From: Gammaproteobacteria bacterium
GTDB taxonomy: Bacteria > Pseudomonadota > Gammaproteobacteria > Thiohalobacterales > Thiohalobacteraceae
DNA: 25,818 nucleotides
Assembly: GCA_041553175.1 (NCBI GenBank)
Contig: JBFEJM010000001.1
Location: 1 to 25,818 of the forward strand
Reading direction: 5' to 3'
Shown: positions 8,105 through 16,196 of the stretch, one piece after another
Numbering within the stretch: position 1 is the stretch's first letter
Layout: each line of letters starts with the position of its first letter
Notes under the pieces: model-generated
The model's database searches: none
Told to the model about the DNA's origin: nothing
Seen by the model: only the letters and a program-made list of their open reading frames with translations
Made by a program: the position numbers and the translations under genes

Positions 8105-9274
8105 ATGTTTTCCTTTACCGCACTGCCGCCCTTGACGCTCTATGTGCATATCCCCTGGTGTGTGCGCAAGTGCCCCTATTGCGACTTCAATTCGCATGAG
8201 ATGCGCGACGGTATTCCAGAGGCCAAATACATTGACGCCTTGCTCGCTGATCTCGAACAGGAACTGCCTGGTGTATGGGGTCGTGTGGTTGGCAGCATCT
8301 TCATCGGGGGCGGCACACCCAGCCTGTTTGCACCCGAAGCCATCGATCGCCTGCTGGTCGGCATCCGTTCGCGCCTTACCTGCAAACCGGACATGGAGAT
8401 CACACTGGAAGCAAACCCCGGCACTGTGGAGCAGGGACGCTTTCGGGAATTCCGTGCAGCCGGGATCAATCGTCTCTCCATCGGTGTACAGAGCTTTGAC
8501 GATAACCTGCTGGGCAAGATCGGCCGCATTCATGGACGGCGTGAAGCCATCCGCGCAGCCGAACTGGCGCACGATGCCGGCTTTAATAGCTTCAATCTCG
8601 ATCTCATGTTCGGCCTGCCGACGCAGACATCCCACCGAGCGTTGACCGATCTCGCAACCGCGATGGCGCTGGAACCGGCCCATCTGTCCTGGTATCAGCT
8701 GACACTGGAACCCAATACCTATTTCCACCGCTATCCGCCACAGCTGCCGGACGACGAAACCCTGTGGGATATGCAGCGACTCGGCCAGGCATGCCTGGCG
8801 GAACGCGGCTATACTCAGTACGAAGTGTCGGCTTATGCAAAGGCGGGAATGGAATGCCGCCACAATCTCAATTATTGGCGTTACGGTGACTACCTGGGCA
8901 TCGGCGCCGGCGCCCACCAGAAAGTCACAGATGCAGGCGCACAATGCGTGCGCCGGAACTGGAAGCTTAAAAACCCACGCGATTATCTGGCGAATGTGCA
9001 CACCAGCGCGCGCCTGGGCGGCTTGAGCGAACCCCAAACCGATGAAGTTGTACTTGAATTTCTGATGAATGCCCTCCGTCTCAATGCCGGTTTCGAGCAG
9101 ACGGATTTCGAACAGAACACCGGCCTCGACTTCGAGCCCGTGCGTCTTTCACTGGAACAGGCGCGCAACCGCGGCCTGCTCGAGACTGACGGGCCCTGGC
9201 GCTGCACCGAGACGGGACGGCGTTTTCTCAATGATGTACTGGCGGAGTTCGTGCCTGATCATGGACATGCTTGA
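8105..9274 (+). CDS. hemW: Radical SAM family heme chaperone HemW (YggW/HemN-like)
   Basis: YVHIPWCVRKCPYCDFN (CxxxCxxC), IFIGGGTPS, EANPG, RLSIGVQSF, HNLNYW and YLGIGAGAH. ATG 8105 is preferred over GTG 8093. Confidence 0.96.
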   Translation: MFSFTALPPLTLYVHIPWCVRKCPYCDFNSHEMRDGIPEAKYIDALLADLEQELPGVWGRVVGSIFIGGGTPSLFAPEAIDRLLVGIRSRLTCKPDMEITLEANPGTVEQGRFREFRAAGINRLSIGVQSFDDNLLGKIGRIHGRREAIRAAELAHDAGFNSFNLDLMFGLPTQTSHRALTDLATAMALEPAHLSWYQLTLEPNTYFHRYPPQLPDDETLWDMQRLGQACLAERGYTQYEVSAYAKAGMECRHNLNYWRYGDYLGIGAGAHQKVTDAGAQCVRRNWKLKNPRDYLANVHTSARLGGLSEPQTDEVVLEFLMNALRLNAGFEQTDFEQNTGLDFEPVRLSLEQARNRGLLETDGPWRCTETGRRFLNDVLAEFVPDHGHA

Positions 9275-9455
9275 ACAACTCGATATTGACTGCCCCTATT
9301 GTGGCGAAGTGGTCGCCGCCAGCGTCGATTGCTCCGCCGGCAGCCATGATTTCATCGAAGATTGCAGCGTCTGTTGTCGCCCTATCGAGTTTCATGCTGA
9401 AATCGATGGTGACGGACAGCTGACGAACCTGCAGGTTCGGCGTGACGATGAGTGA
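9267..9455 (+). CDS. Small CPXCG-motif cysteine-rich (zinc-finger) protein
   Basis: MLEQLDIDCPYCGEVVAASVDCSAGSHDFIEDCSVCCRPIEF..., 62 aa from ATG 9267 (alternative ATG 9261). It has CPxCG and DCxxCCRP motifs and overlaps the hemW stop (ATGCTTGA). Confidence 0.88.
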   Translation: MLEQLDIDCPYCGEVVAASVDCSAGSHDFIEDCSVCCRPIEFHAEIDGDGQLTNLQVRRDDE

Positions 9456-9693
9456 CTACACACCCATAGACTGCGACCTGTACAGTGAATATGAGCTCGC
9501 GATCATGCATCGTAGTAAACTGCGAATTGGCTGGCGTGACAGCGCCGGCCTGACCCACATCGAAACACTGATGCCGCGCGACCTGCAGACCCGGCAGGGG
9601 GAGGAGTTCCTGATCGCGGAAACAGCCATGGCGGAACGCATCGAGATCCGGCTCGACCAGATCACGGAAGCCAAACCGCTGGTGGCCGACTAA
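9448..9693 (+). CDS. rof: Rof (Rho-off/YaeO)-like Rho-binding antiterminator
   Basis: MSDYTPIDCDLYSEYELAIMH...EEFL...IRLDQI matches the Rof pattern YxPIxCDxYxxxELA...EyL...lRLDxI as I recall it; 81 aa; overlaps the upstream stop (ATGAGTGA). Confidence 0.82.
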   Translation: MSDYTPIDCDLYSEYELAIMHRSKLRIGWRDSAGLTHIETLMPRDLQTRQGEEFLIAETAMAERIEIRLDQITEAKPLVAD

Positions 9694-9756
9694 ACGCCAC
9701 TTATGCCAGGCCATACGCGTTTTATTCGATGACGAGCGACGCAATAACAAACCGAC

Positions 9757-9798
9757 TTGATATAACGCAAAGAAAAGTTCGCACCCTGTTGCTAGATT
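9757..9798 (+). promoter_or_regulatory. FNR/CRP-family class II promoter upstream of nhaD
   Basis: TTGAT-ATAA-CGCAA at 9757-9770 (8/10 to TTGAT-N4-ATCAA) and extended -10 TG-c-TAGATT at 9790-9798. The site centre falls at -41.5 from the implied start near 9805. Confidence 0.55.
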
Positions 9799-9850
9799 TT
9801 CTTCGACTACGCGTCACACTGAAAGCGTCTCAAATGCAAAGGGTCTCCTG

Positions 9851-11308
9851 GTGGGCATAGCTGCACACATCAAGCATCCGTTTTTTTTCTCAGTCGTCCT
9901 GATATTCCTGGCATTCCTGCCAATCGCGGCACAGGCCACCGGCACCGGTGACGTCGGCTGGCTCGATCTGACATCGCACCCTATCGGCTTTATCTGCCTG
10001 TCCATATTCGTACTCGCATATATCATGGTGATATGCGAGGAATGCACCAGCATGCGCAAATCCAAGCCTGTGATCTTCGGCGCCGGCCTGATCTGGGGTT
10101 TGATCGCCTACCAGTACAGCACCAACGGATTTGTAACCGCAGCCGAAATGGCGTTCCGCCATACGCTACTGGATTTCGCCGAGCTGTTCCTTTTCCTGCT
10201 GGTGGCCATGACGTATGTGAACGCCATGGAAGAGCGGCAGGTCTTCATGACGTTGCGATCATGGCTGGTAAATATACACTGCAGCTACCGGACGCTGTTC
10301 TGGATTACCGGCACACTGGCCTTCTTTCTCTCACCGGTCATCGATAATCTGACCACGGCCCTGGTTATGTGCGCCGTGGTTCTCGCCGTCGGCAAGGGCA
10401 ACCCGAAGTTCGTCAGTCTGTCCTGCATCAATATTGTTGTCGCCGCGAATTCCGGTGGCGCTTTCAGCCCGTTCGGCGATATCACCACTCTGATGGTCTG
10501 GCAGAAAGGCCTGGTCGAATTTCACACGTTCTTTCTGCTGTTCGTTCCCTCGGTGGTGAACTACGTTATCCCCGCAACGCTGATGTCTTTCTTTTTACCG
10601 GAGGGTACGCCCGAGCCGCTCAACGACAGGGTCAGCCTGCGGCGGGGCGCGTTGTTCATTGTTGGCCTGTTCGGCTGCACGATCGCGACCGCGGTGAGCT
10701 TCCACAACTTCCTCCATATGCCGCCTGTGCTGGGCATGATGACCGGCCTGGCTTACCTGCAGTTCTTCGGCTATTACCTGAGAAAGACACATGTCCCGAC
10801 ACCGGAAGACTCGGAGGCGTACGGCACGGTCGGTGATGTGGTGCCGCCGGGGCGGGAGAAACGCGTTCCATTCGACGTATACGGCCGTCTGGCCCGCGCC
10901 GAATGGGATACGCTGCTGTTTTTCTATGGCGTCGTTCTGTGTGTCGGCGGTCTCGGCTTCATCGGCTACCTGCCGATGATCTCGGAAATGATGTATGTCG
11001 GTCTCGGCGCCACCGAAGCCAATATTCTGGTAGGTTTCCTGTCCGCCATCGTCGACAACATACCTGTCATGTTCGCGGTGCTGTCAATGAATCCGGATAT
11101 GCCGCTGGGGCAATGGCTGCTGATCACTCTGACTGCGGGCGTGGGCGGCAGTATGCTTTCCATCGGCTCGGCCGCCGGTGTGGCGCTTATGGGTCAGGCC
11201 CGTGGCATGTACACCTTCTTCTCACACCTCAAATGGACGCCTGCGATCATTCTGGGTTACGCCGCAAGTATAGCGACGCACCTATGGATCAACGATCATT
11301 TATTCTGA
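9851..11308 (+). CDS. nhaD: Na+/H+ antiporter, NhaD family
   Basis: Polytopic membrane protein of 485 aa with KSKPVIFGAG, SPVIDNLTTAL, GDITTLMVWQKG, EWDTLLFFYG, SAIVDNIP and GGSMLSIGSAAGVALMG. The exact start codon is uncertain. Confidence 0.93.
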   Translation: MGIAAHIKHPFFFSVVLIFLAFLPIAAQATGTGDVGWLDLTSHPIGFICLSIFVLAYIMVICEECTSMRKSKPVIFGAGLIWGLIAYQYSTNGFVTAAEMAFRHTLLDFAELFLFLLVAMTYVNAMEERQVFMTLRSWLVNIHCSYRTLFWITGTLAFFLSPVIDNLTTALVMCAVVLAVGKGNPKFVSLSCINIVVAANSGGAFSPFGDITTLMVWQKGLVEFHTFFLLFVPSVVNYVIPATLMSFFLPEGTPEPLNDRVSLRRGALFIVGLFGCTIATAVSFHNFLHMPPVLGMMTGLAYLQFFGYYLRKTHVPTPEDSEAYGTVGDVVPPGREKRVPFDVYGRLARAEWDTLLFFYGVVLCVGGLGFIGYLPMISEMMYVGLGATEANILVGFLSAIVDNIPVMFAVLSMNPDMPLGQWLLITLTAGVGGSMLSIGSAAGVALMGQARGMYTFFSHLKWTPAIILGYAASIATHLWINDHLF

Positions 11309-11361
11309 TGGGAGCGGCACTGCCCGCCATGCCGTACCCATGACGAGCCGACAGCAAGTCG

Positions 11362-12675
11362 TTATTCTTTCACCACACCAAACAGATCGTGCTCACTCGC
11401 ATCAGTGATATCCACCTCGATAATGTCGCCGACCTGAACCTCGCGAGTATCGATAAACACCTGCCCATCGATTTCCGGCGCGTCGGCCTGGCTGCGGCCG
11501 ATGGCACCTTCTTCGTCTATAGTGTCGACAATCACCGGCAGAACCTGCCCGACTTTCAATTGAAGACGAGCGGCACTGATGCGCTCCTGTACTTCCATGA
11601 AGCGGGCATGGCGTTCCTCCTTGACCGCCTCGGGCACCGAATCCGGCAATGCGTTGGCCGCCGCGCCTTCGACCGGTGAATAAGTGAAGCAGCCAACACG
11701 ATCGAGCTGCGCCGCCTCGAGGAAGTCCAGCAGTTCCTGAAACTCCGCCTCAGTCTCCCCGGGAAAACCGACGATGAAGGTGCTGCGTAATGTGATATCC
11801 GGACACACTTCCCGCCAGGCCTGAATACGCCGCAGCGTATTCTCCGTTGCCGCCGGCCGTTTCATCGCCTTGAGCACGCGGGCGCTGGCATGCTGGAGCG
11901 GAATATCGAGATACGGCAGGATGCGACCTTCGGCCATCAAGGGAATGATGTCGTCGACGTTGGGGTAGGGATAGATGTAGTGCATGCGTACCCAGACACC
12001 GAGTTCACCCAGTGCACGTGCCAGTTCGAGCAGTCGCGTCTTGACCGGTCGCCCGTTCCAGAAGCCGGTCCGGTAGCGGACATCGACGCCATAGGCACTC
12101 GTGTCCTGCGAAACAATGAGCAGCTCCTTGACCCCGGCCTTGACCAGATTTTCGGCCTCTTCCAGAACCTCACCCGCCGGGCGTGATACCAGATCGCCAC
12201 GCATGGACGGAATGATGCAGAAGGTACAACGGTGATTGCAGCCTTCGGCAATCTTCACATAGGCGTAATGGCGCGGAGTAAGTTTGATGCCGCCGGGCGG
12301 AAGCAGCGCCGTGAACGGATCGACCGGCGGCGGCAGGTGTTCGTGCACGGCGCCCATGACTTCTTCGTACGCCTGCGGCCCGCTCACCGCCAGCACCTGC
12401 GGGTGAGCGGCCAGCACTTCATCGGCACGCGCCCCGAGACAACCGGTCACGATCACTTTGCCGTTTTCGGCCAGCGCCTCGCCGATCGCGTCGAGCGACT
12501 CTTCAACCGCGCTGTCGATGAAGCCACAGGTATTGACCACCACAAGATCGGCATCGTTGTAGGACGGAACGACACCATAGCCCTCTGCCCGCAGCCGCGT
12601 AAGAATCCGCTCCGAGTCGACCAGCGCCTTGGGACAGCCAAGACTGATAAAACCGATTTTGGGTTGGGTTGGCAC
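11362..12675 (-). CDS. rimO: Ribosomal protein S12 methylthiotransferase RimO
   Basis: [23 protein letters not shown], radical [11 protein letters not shown] and a C-terminal TRAM domain ([12 protein letters not shown]). GTG 12675 has AGGTGG upstream and gives 437 aa. Confidence 0.97.
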   Translation of the reverse strand: MPTQPKIGFISLGCPKALVDSERILTRLRAEGYGVVPSYNDADLVVVNTCGFIDSAVEESLDAIGEALAENGKVIVTGCLGARADEVLAAHPQVLAVSGPQAYEEVMGAVHEHLPPPVDPFTALLPPGGIKLTPRHYAYVKIAEGCNHRCTFCIIPSMRGDLVSRPAGEVLEEAENLVKAGVKELLIVSQDTSAYGVDVRYRTGFWNGRPVKTRLLELARALGELGVWVRMHYIYPYPNVDDIIPLMAEGRILPYLDIPLQHASARVLKAMKRPAATENTLRRIQAWREVCPDITLRSTFIVGFPGETEAEFQELLDFLEAAQLDRVGCFTYSPVEGAAANALPDSVPEAVKEERHARFMEVQERISAARLQLKVGQVLPVIVDTIDEEGAIGRSQADAPEIDGQVFIDTREVQVGDIIEVDITDASEHDLFGVVKE

Positions 12676-12908
12676 TGCGGAAAACCACCTGGTGTCAGAA
12701 AAGGGTCGTGCGCGTATGCCGCGTCGCACAAGTTTTACACATGGGAACAGTGGGTCAGGATCAGACCCGGCGGCTCGCCGCGCATTCTACCCGATCCGGC
12801 ACCTGATCAAATAGATTGTTGAAATCTCGCATGTAATACCTAATCGATCATTGAAGTCGGCTGTTCCGGTGGCCGTGGTCAGACATCACCTGCAAAAACG
12901 CTCATATT

Positions 12909-12971
12909 CCATCCACAGAGTTATCCACCGCTGGCACCAGAAGTCGCCTCCTATTTAAAAACAATAAGTTA
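12909..12971. promoter_or_regulatory. Two tandem DnaA-box-like motifs plus an IHF-like site
   Basis: CCATCCACA (12909-12917, 7/9) and TTATCCACC (12921-12929, 8/9) against TTWTNCACA. AAACAATAAGTTA (12959-12971) has one mismatch to WATCAANNNNTTR. Confidence 0.45.
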
Positions 12972-13014
12972 TCGTCGATTTTCTGGCGTGCGTCGGATTT
13001 TGGGCGCCAAAAGC

Positions 13015-13043
13015 ATGACTCATTCAACCCTGTGTGGTACCTT
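13015..13043 (+). promoter_or_regulatory. Candidate promoter for the DUF3135-like gene
   Basis: ATGACT-N17-TACCTT with a TG extended -10 element (TG-g-TACCTT). Confidence 0.45.
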
Positions 13044-13105
13044 TTTTATCGACTAAACCAAAACAATGAGACCGCTAGATCGCGGCAGCGACGGGAGACC
13101 TGGAT

Positions 13106-13444
13106 ATGACAGAGCTGGCCCATCACTTTTTCGATTTTGAATCCTGGTCTGAATTGGCCAGCACCGATCCCGAGGCCTTTGAAGCACGCCGTGCCCGCGC
13201 CATCGAAGAAGCCATACAACGCTCGACACCCCGCTCCCAGACACGTCTGCGCCGGCTGCAATGGAAACTCGATCAGGTTCGCCACACCTCTGCCACGCCC
13301 ATGGCCGCCTGCATCCGCATGAATCATATGATGTGGGACCGGATCACCGGACCGGGCGGCCTGCTCGAAATCCTCGGTGAAGGCGGCCACCCGCCGACAG
13401 CGCGCACCAAGGCCGACGTGCTGCAGTTCCGGCACGCCCGCTGA
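13106..13444 (+). CDS. DUF3135-like small helical protein
   Basis: FDFESWSELASTDPEAFEARRARAIEEAIQRS...QTRLRRLQWKLDQVR...PMAACIRM matches the DUF3135 pattern as I recall it; GGGAG-type RBS upstream. Confidence 0.75.
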   Translation: MTELAHHFFDFESWSELASTDPEAFEARRARAIEEAIQRSTPRSQTRLRRLQWKLDQVRHTSATPMAACIRMNHMMWDRITGPGGLLEILGEGGHPPTARTKADVLQFRHAR

Positions 13445-13460
13445 AACAATCAGCCAGGGC

Positions 13461-13489
13461 TTGTCGCGTTGCGGCTGATCCCGTATCAT
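13461..13489 (+). promoter_or_regulatory. sigma70 promoter for rpmE and downstream genes
   Basis: TTGTCG (13461-13466)-N17-TATCAT (13484-13489). Confidence 0.65.
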
Positions 13490-13549
13490 CGCCGGCCTTT
13501 CCCGGTTGCACCTGAATCACAACCGGGTTGATTGACCGAGGATTTCAAA

Positions 13550-13756
13550 ATGAAGCCGGACATCCATCCGAAATACGCTGACGTGACAGTGACCTGCAGC
13601 TGCGGAAGCACTTTCCAGACCCGCTCGACCGCGGGCCACGATTTCTCCATCGAAGTCTGCTCCCAATGCCATCCCTTCTATACCGGCAAGCAGAAGATCG
13701 TCGATACCGGCGGTCGCATGGAGAAGTTCCGCCAGAAGTACGGCATCAAGAAGTAA
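13550..13756 (+). CDS. rpmE: 50S ribosomal protein L31 (zinc-binding, C+ type)
   Basis: MKPDIHPKY...TCSCG...[26 protein letters not shown]; all four Cys are retained; GAGG RBS before ATG 13550. Confidence 0.98.
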   Translation: MKPDIHPKYADVTVTCSCGSTFQTRSTAGHDFSIEVCSQCHPFYTGKQKIVDTGGRMEKFRQKYGIKK

Positions 13757-13761
13757 GTCGC

Positions 13762-14637
13762 ATGCCCCTCGCGGGCGATCGCACTCACACAGGGGCGGGC
13801 CGGCAACGGCCTGCCCCTGTGCGCATCTGGGCCCTGCTGCTCACCGTGGCGACGGCCTTTGTCCTTCCCCAGGCAGTTATAGCCGCGTGCAGTACGGATC
13901 GCATCGATGAACGTTCCCGTGTCACGACGGTTATCGACGGCGATACGCTGGTGTTGGGCGACGGGCGCCATCTGCGGCTGATCGGCCTCAACACCCCCGA
14001 ACTGGGCAGGAACGGCAAGCCATCCGAACCCGGCGCCATCGCCGCCCGGGATCAGTTGCGCGCTCTGATCTTCACCAACAGGCAACAGGTCGAGCTGCGC
14101 TTCGATCAGGAACGGCAGGACCATTATGGCCGTCTGCTTGCCCATGCCTTTGTTGCCGACGGCCGCAACATCACCGAGCAGTTACTCCTTGCCGGCGCCG
14201 GCAGCCAGTTGGTGGTGCCGCCGAACACCTGGCAGGTGAGTTGTTATCAAGCGGCAGTGGACGATGCCCGCCGACAGCGCAAGGGTATCTGGGCGCTCGA
14301 TGAGTACCGCCCCATCGCGGCGGACCAGCTCGACCTGCGCAGCGAGGGCTTCCACCTCGTACGCGGCCGAATCAGCCATGTCAGTTCCGACGCCAAGGCG
14401 GTCTGGCTCAATTTCGTCGGCATTTTCGCGGCACGCATCGACCGCCGCGATCTGGCGAATTTTCCCGGCGTGGACCCGGAAAAACTGGTGGGCGCCGAAG
14501 TCGAGGTTCAGGGCTGGATCCAGGCGCGCAAAGGCCGCCTGTCGCTGCGGCTGCGCCATCCGACCGCGCTGAAAATCATCGCACGCCCCGTGGTTTCGTC
14601 CGATCTTCCCTCGCCGGATGCGCGCCCGGTAGAATAG
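13762..14637 (+). CDS. Exported thermonuclease (SNase-like) with an extra C-terminal beta domain
   Basis: Hydrophobic N-terminal signal segment, then VIDGDT, RLIGLNTPE, DHYGRLLAH and ARRQRKGIW SNase motifs. The start is taken at ATG 13762, after the rpmE stop. Confidence 0.88.
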   Translation: MPLAGDRTHTGAGRQRPAPVRIWALLLTVATAFVLPQAVIAACSTDRIDERSRVTTVIDGDTLVLGDGRHLRLIGLNTPELGRNGKPSEPGAIAARDQLRALIFTNRQQVELRFDQERQDHYGRLLAHAFVADGRNITEQLLLAGAGSQLVVPPNTWQVSCYQAAVDDARRQRKGIWALDEYRPIAADQLDLRSEGFHLVRGRISHVSSDAKAVWLNFVGIFAARIDRRDLANFPGVDPEKLVGAEVEVQGWIQARKGRLSLRLRHPTALKIIARPVVSSDLPSPDARPVE

Positions 14638-14641
14638 ACCC

Positions 14642-16117
14642 ATGCCGCGATCCAGCAATTACCCGTCCATCCTGAAGTTACTGGCCACCGCCGTCCTGGC
14701 AACGGTGTTGGCCGGTTGCGCCACCAACCCGGTCACGGGCGAAAGCGATTTCGTGCTGATGTCGGAAGAGCAGGAAATCGCGCTCGGCCGTCAGTACCAC
14801 CCCGAAATTCTGAAAGAGATGCCGCGCTACGATAACGAAGCGCTCAATGCCTATGTGCAGCGGATCGGCGAGGGCGTCGCGGCCCAGAGTCACCGTTCGA
14901 ATCTCATCTACCGCTTCACTGTCATCGACAGTCAGGACGTGAACGCTTTCGCCACACCCGGCGGTTATATCTATATCACGCGCGGATTGTTGGCGTATCT
15001 TAACTCGGAAGCGGAATTGGCGGCCGTGCTGGGACACGAAATCGGCCATGTGACGGCGCGGCATTCCGTGCGTCAGCACAGCACCGCCACGGCAACCGGC
15101 ATGCTGGGTGCGATTCTGGCTGGTGCGTCGGGCGTGCAGGGTGCCAGCGAACTGGCCAATGTCGCCGGAACCGCCATTGTCCGCGGCTACGGCCGCGAGC
15201 ACGAACTGGAAGCCGATCGCCTCGGCGCGGAGTATCTGGCGCGCAGCGGTTATGATCCACAGGCGATGCTGAGGGTCATCCGTGTACTCAAGGATCAGGA
15301 GACATATGAAATCCAGCGCGCCAAACAGGAAGGCCGTGAACCCCAGGCTTATCATGGTCTGTTCTCGACTCACCCGGATAACGATAAACGCCTGCAGGAA
15401 GTGATTGGCGCCGCCCAACGCTTCGCCAGCCCCAACGCACGTGCCAATAATGCACAGAGCTTCCTGGGCCAGCTTGAAGGCATGACGTTCGGCGACAGCG
15501 AACGGGAAGGTATCCGTCGCGGCAACCGTTTCTATCACCGGGAGTTGGATTTTGCGTTGGAATTTCCCAGCGGCTGGCGGATAGAGAACCGCCCCGACCG
15601 CTTGCTCGCCCAATCGGCCGATAACGAGGGTCTGATGCAGTTCTCCATGCAGGACCTGAATAAGCGCGTCACGCCGCAGGTGTTTCTGCGCGATCGGCTC
15701 AAGGTCGACAACATCCGTAATGGCGAGTCCATCACGCTTGACGACATGCAGGGCTATACCGGCATCGCCGACCAGAGCACGCCCTTTGGACAACTGCCGG
15801 TGCGCTACGTGGTGCTCTACCGCGGCGACAAGGCACTGATCTTCGCCGGCCTGTCCAAGACCAAGGGCCAACCCTATAAATACGACGCCCAGGTTCTGCA
15901 GACCGCGCGCAGCTTCCACCGTCTCTCGGCGCAGGAGCAGGCACTGGCCAAAGGCCAACGGATCCATATTCAACGCGCGTCGGCCGGAACCCGTATCGCG
16001 GAACTGGCACGCACATCCGCGATCCCCAACGACCCTGAAGGCCAGTTGCGTCTGCTCAACGGCCTCTATCCATCCGGCGAACCCGAACCGGGTGCGCCCC
16101 TCAAAATCGTGCGCTAG
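14642..16117 (+). CDS. M48-family zinc metallopeptidase lipoprotein
   Basis: Lipobox LAGC, VNAFATPGG, HEIGH (HExxH), YGREHELEAD and FSTHP; the C-terminus QLRLLNGL...PGAPLKIV is LysM-like. Confidence 0.92.
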   Translation: MPRSSNYPSILKLLATAVLATVLAGCATNPVTGESDFVLMSEEQEIALGRQYHPEILKEMPRYDNEALNAYVQRIGEGVAAQSHRSNLIYRFTVIDSQDVNAFATPGGYIYITRGLLAYLNSEAELAAVLGHEIGHVTARHSVRQHSTATATGMLGAILAGASGVQGASELANVAGTAIVRGYGREHELEADRLGAEYLARSGYDPQAMLRVIRVLKDQETYEIQRAKQEGREPQAYHGLFSTHPDNDKRLQEVIGAAQRFASPNARANNAQSFLGQLEGMTFGDSEREGIRRGNRFYHRELDFALEFPSGWRIENRPDRLLAQSADNEGLMQFSMQDLNKRVTPQVFLRDRLKVDNIRNGESITLDDMQGYTGIADQSTPFGQLPVRYVVLYRGDKALIFAGLSKTKGQPYKYDAQVLQTARSFHRLSAQEQALAKGQRIHIQRASAGTRIAELARTSAIPNDPEGQLRLLNGLYPSGEPEPGAPLKIVR

Positions 16118-16131
16118 CGGAATCCGGATAC

Positions 16132-16140
16132 TGTTACTAT
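16132..16140 (+). promoter_or_regulatory. Candidate extended -10 promoter for the malic enzyme gene
   Basis: TG-t-TACTAT in the gap after the M48 gene. Confidence 0.45.
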
Positions 16141-16196
16141 TCCGTCTGCACCGTCGCCCGAACCGCTATTCACACCAACGTTAGATGGACCCGTTC

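Noticed and set aside
7916-9037. 373-aa minus-strand ORF
   Set aside because: Antisense shadow of hemW/MMPL with no recognisable motifs; expected from high-GC codon bias.
9069-9260. N-terminal half of the 128-aa ORF containing the CPXCG protein
   Set aside because: It overlaps hemW out of frame; the real small protein starts at 9261 or 9267.
9694-9850. Possible cation (Na+/Li+) riboswitch upstream of nhaD
   Set aside because: I could not identify a matching structure, and the implied leader is only about 45 nt; a cmsearch against the nhaA-I, nhaA-II and DUF1646 models would settle it.
12932-12947. sigma54-like TGGCAC...GC motif
   Set aside because: The GG-to-GC spacing is 11 nt rather than the required 10, and the TTGC element is missing.
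12730-13105. Calling this region the chromosomal origin oriC
   Set aside because: Only one near-consensus DnaA box and no dnaA/rpmH/gidA neighbours; kept only as a possible DnaA/IHF regulatory site.
13666-13761. Upstream extension of the nuclease ORF
   Set aside because: It overlaps rpmE out of frame; ATG 13762 follows the rpmE stop and precedes the signal sequence.
14678-15973. 431-aa minus-strand ORF
   Set aside because: Antisense shadow lying wholly within the M48 peptidase gene; no domain features.
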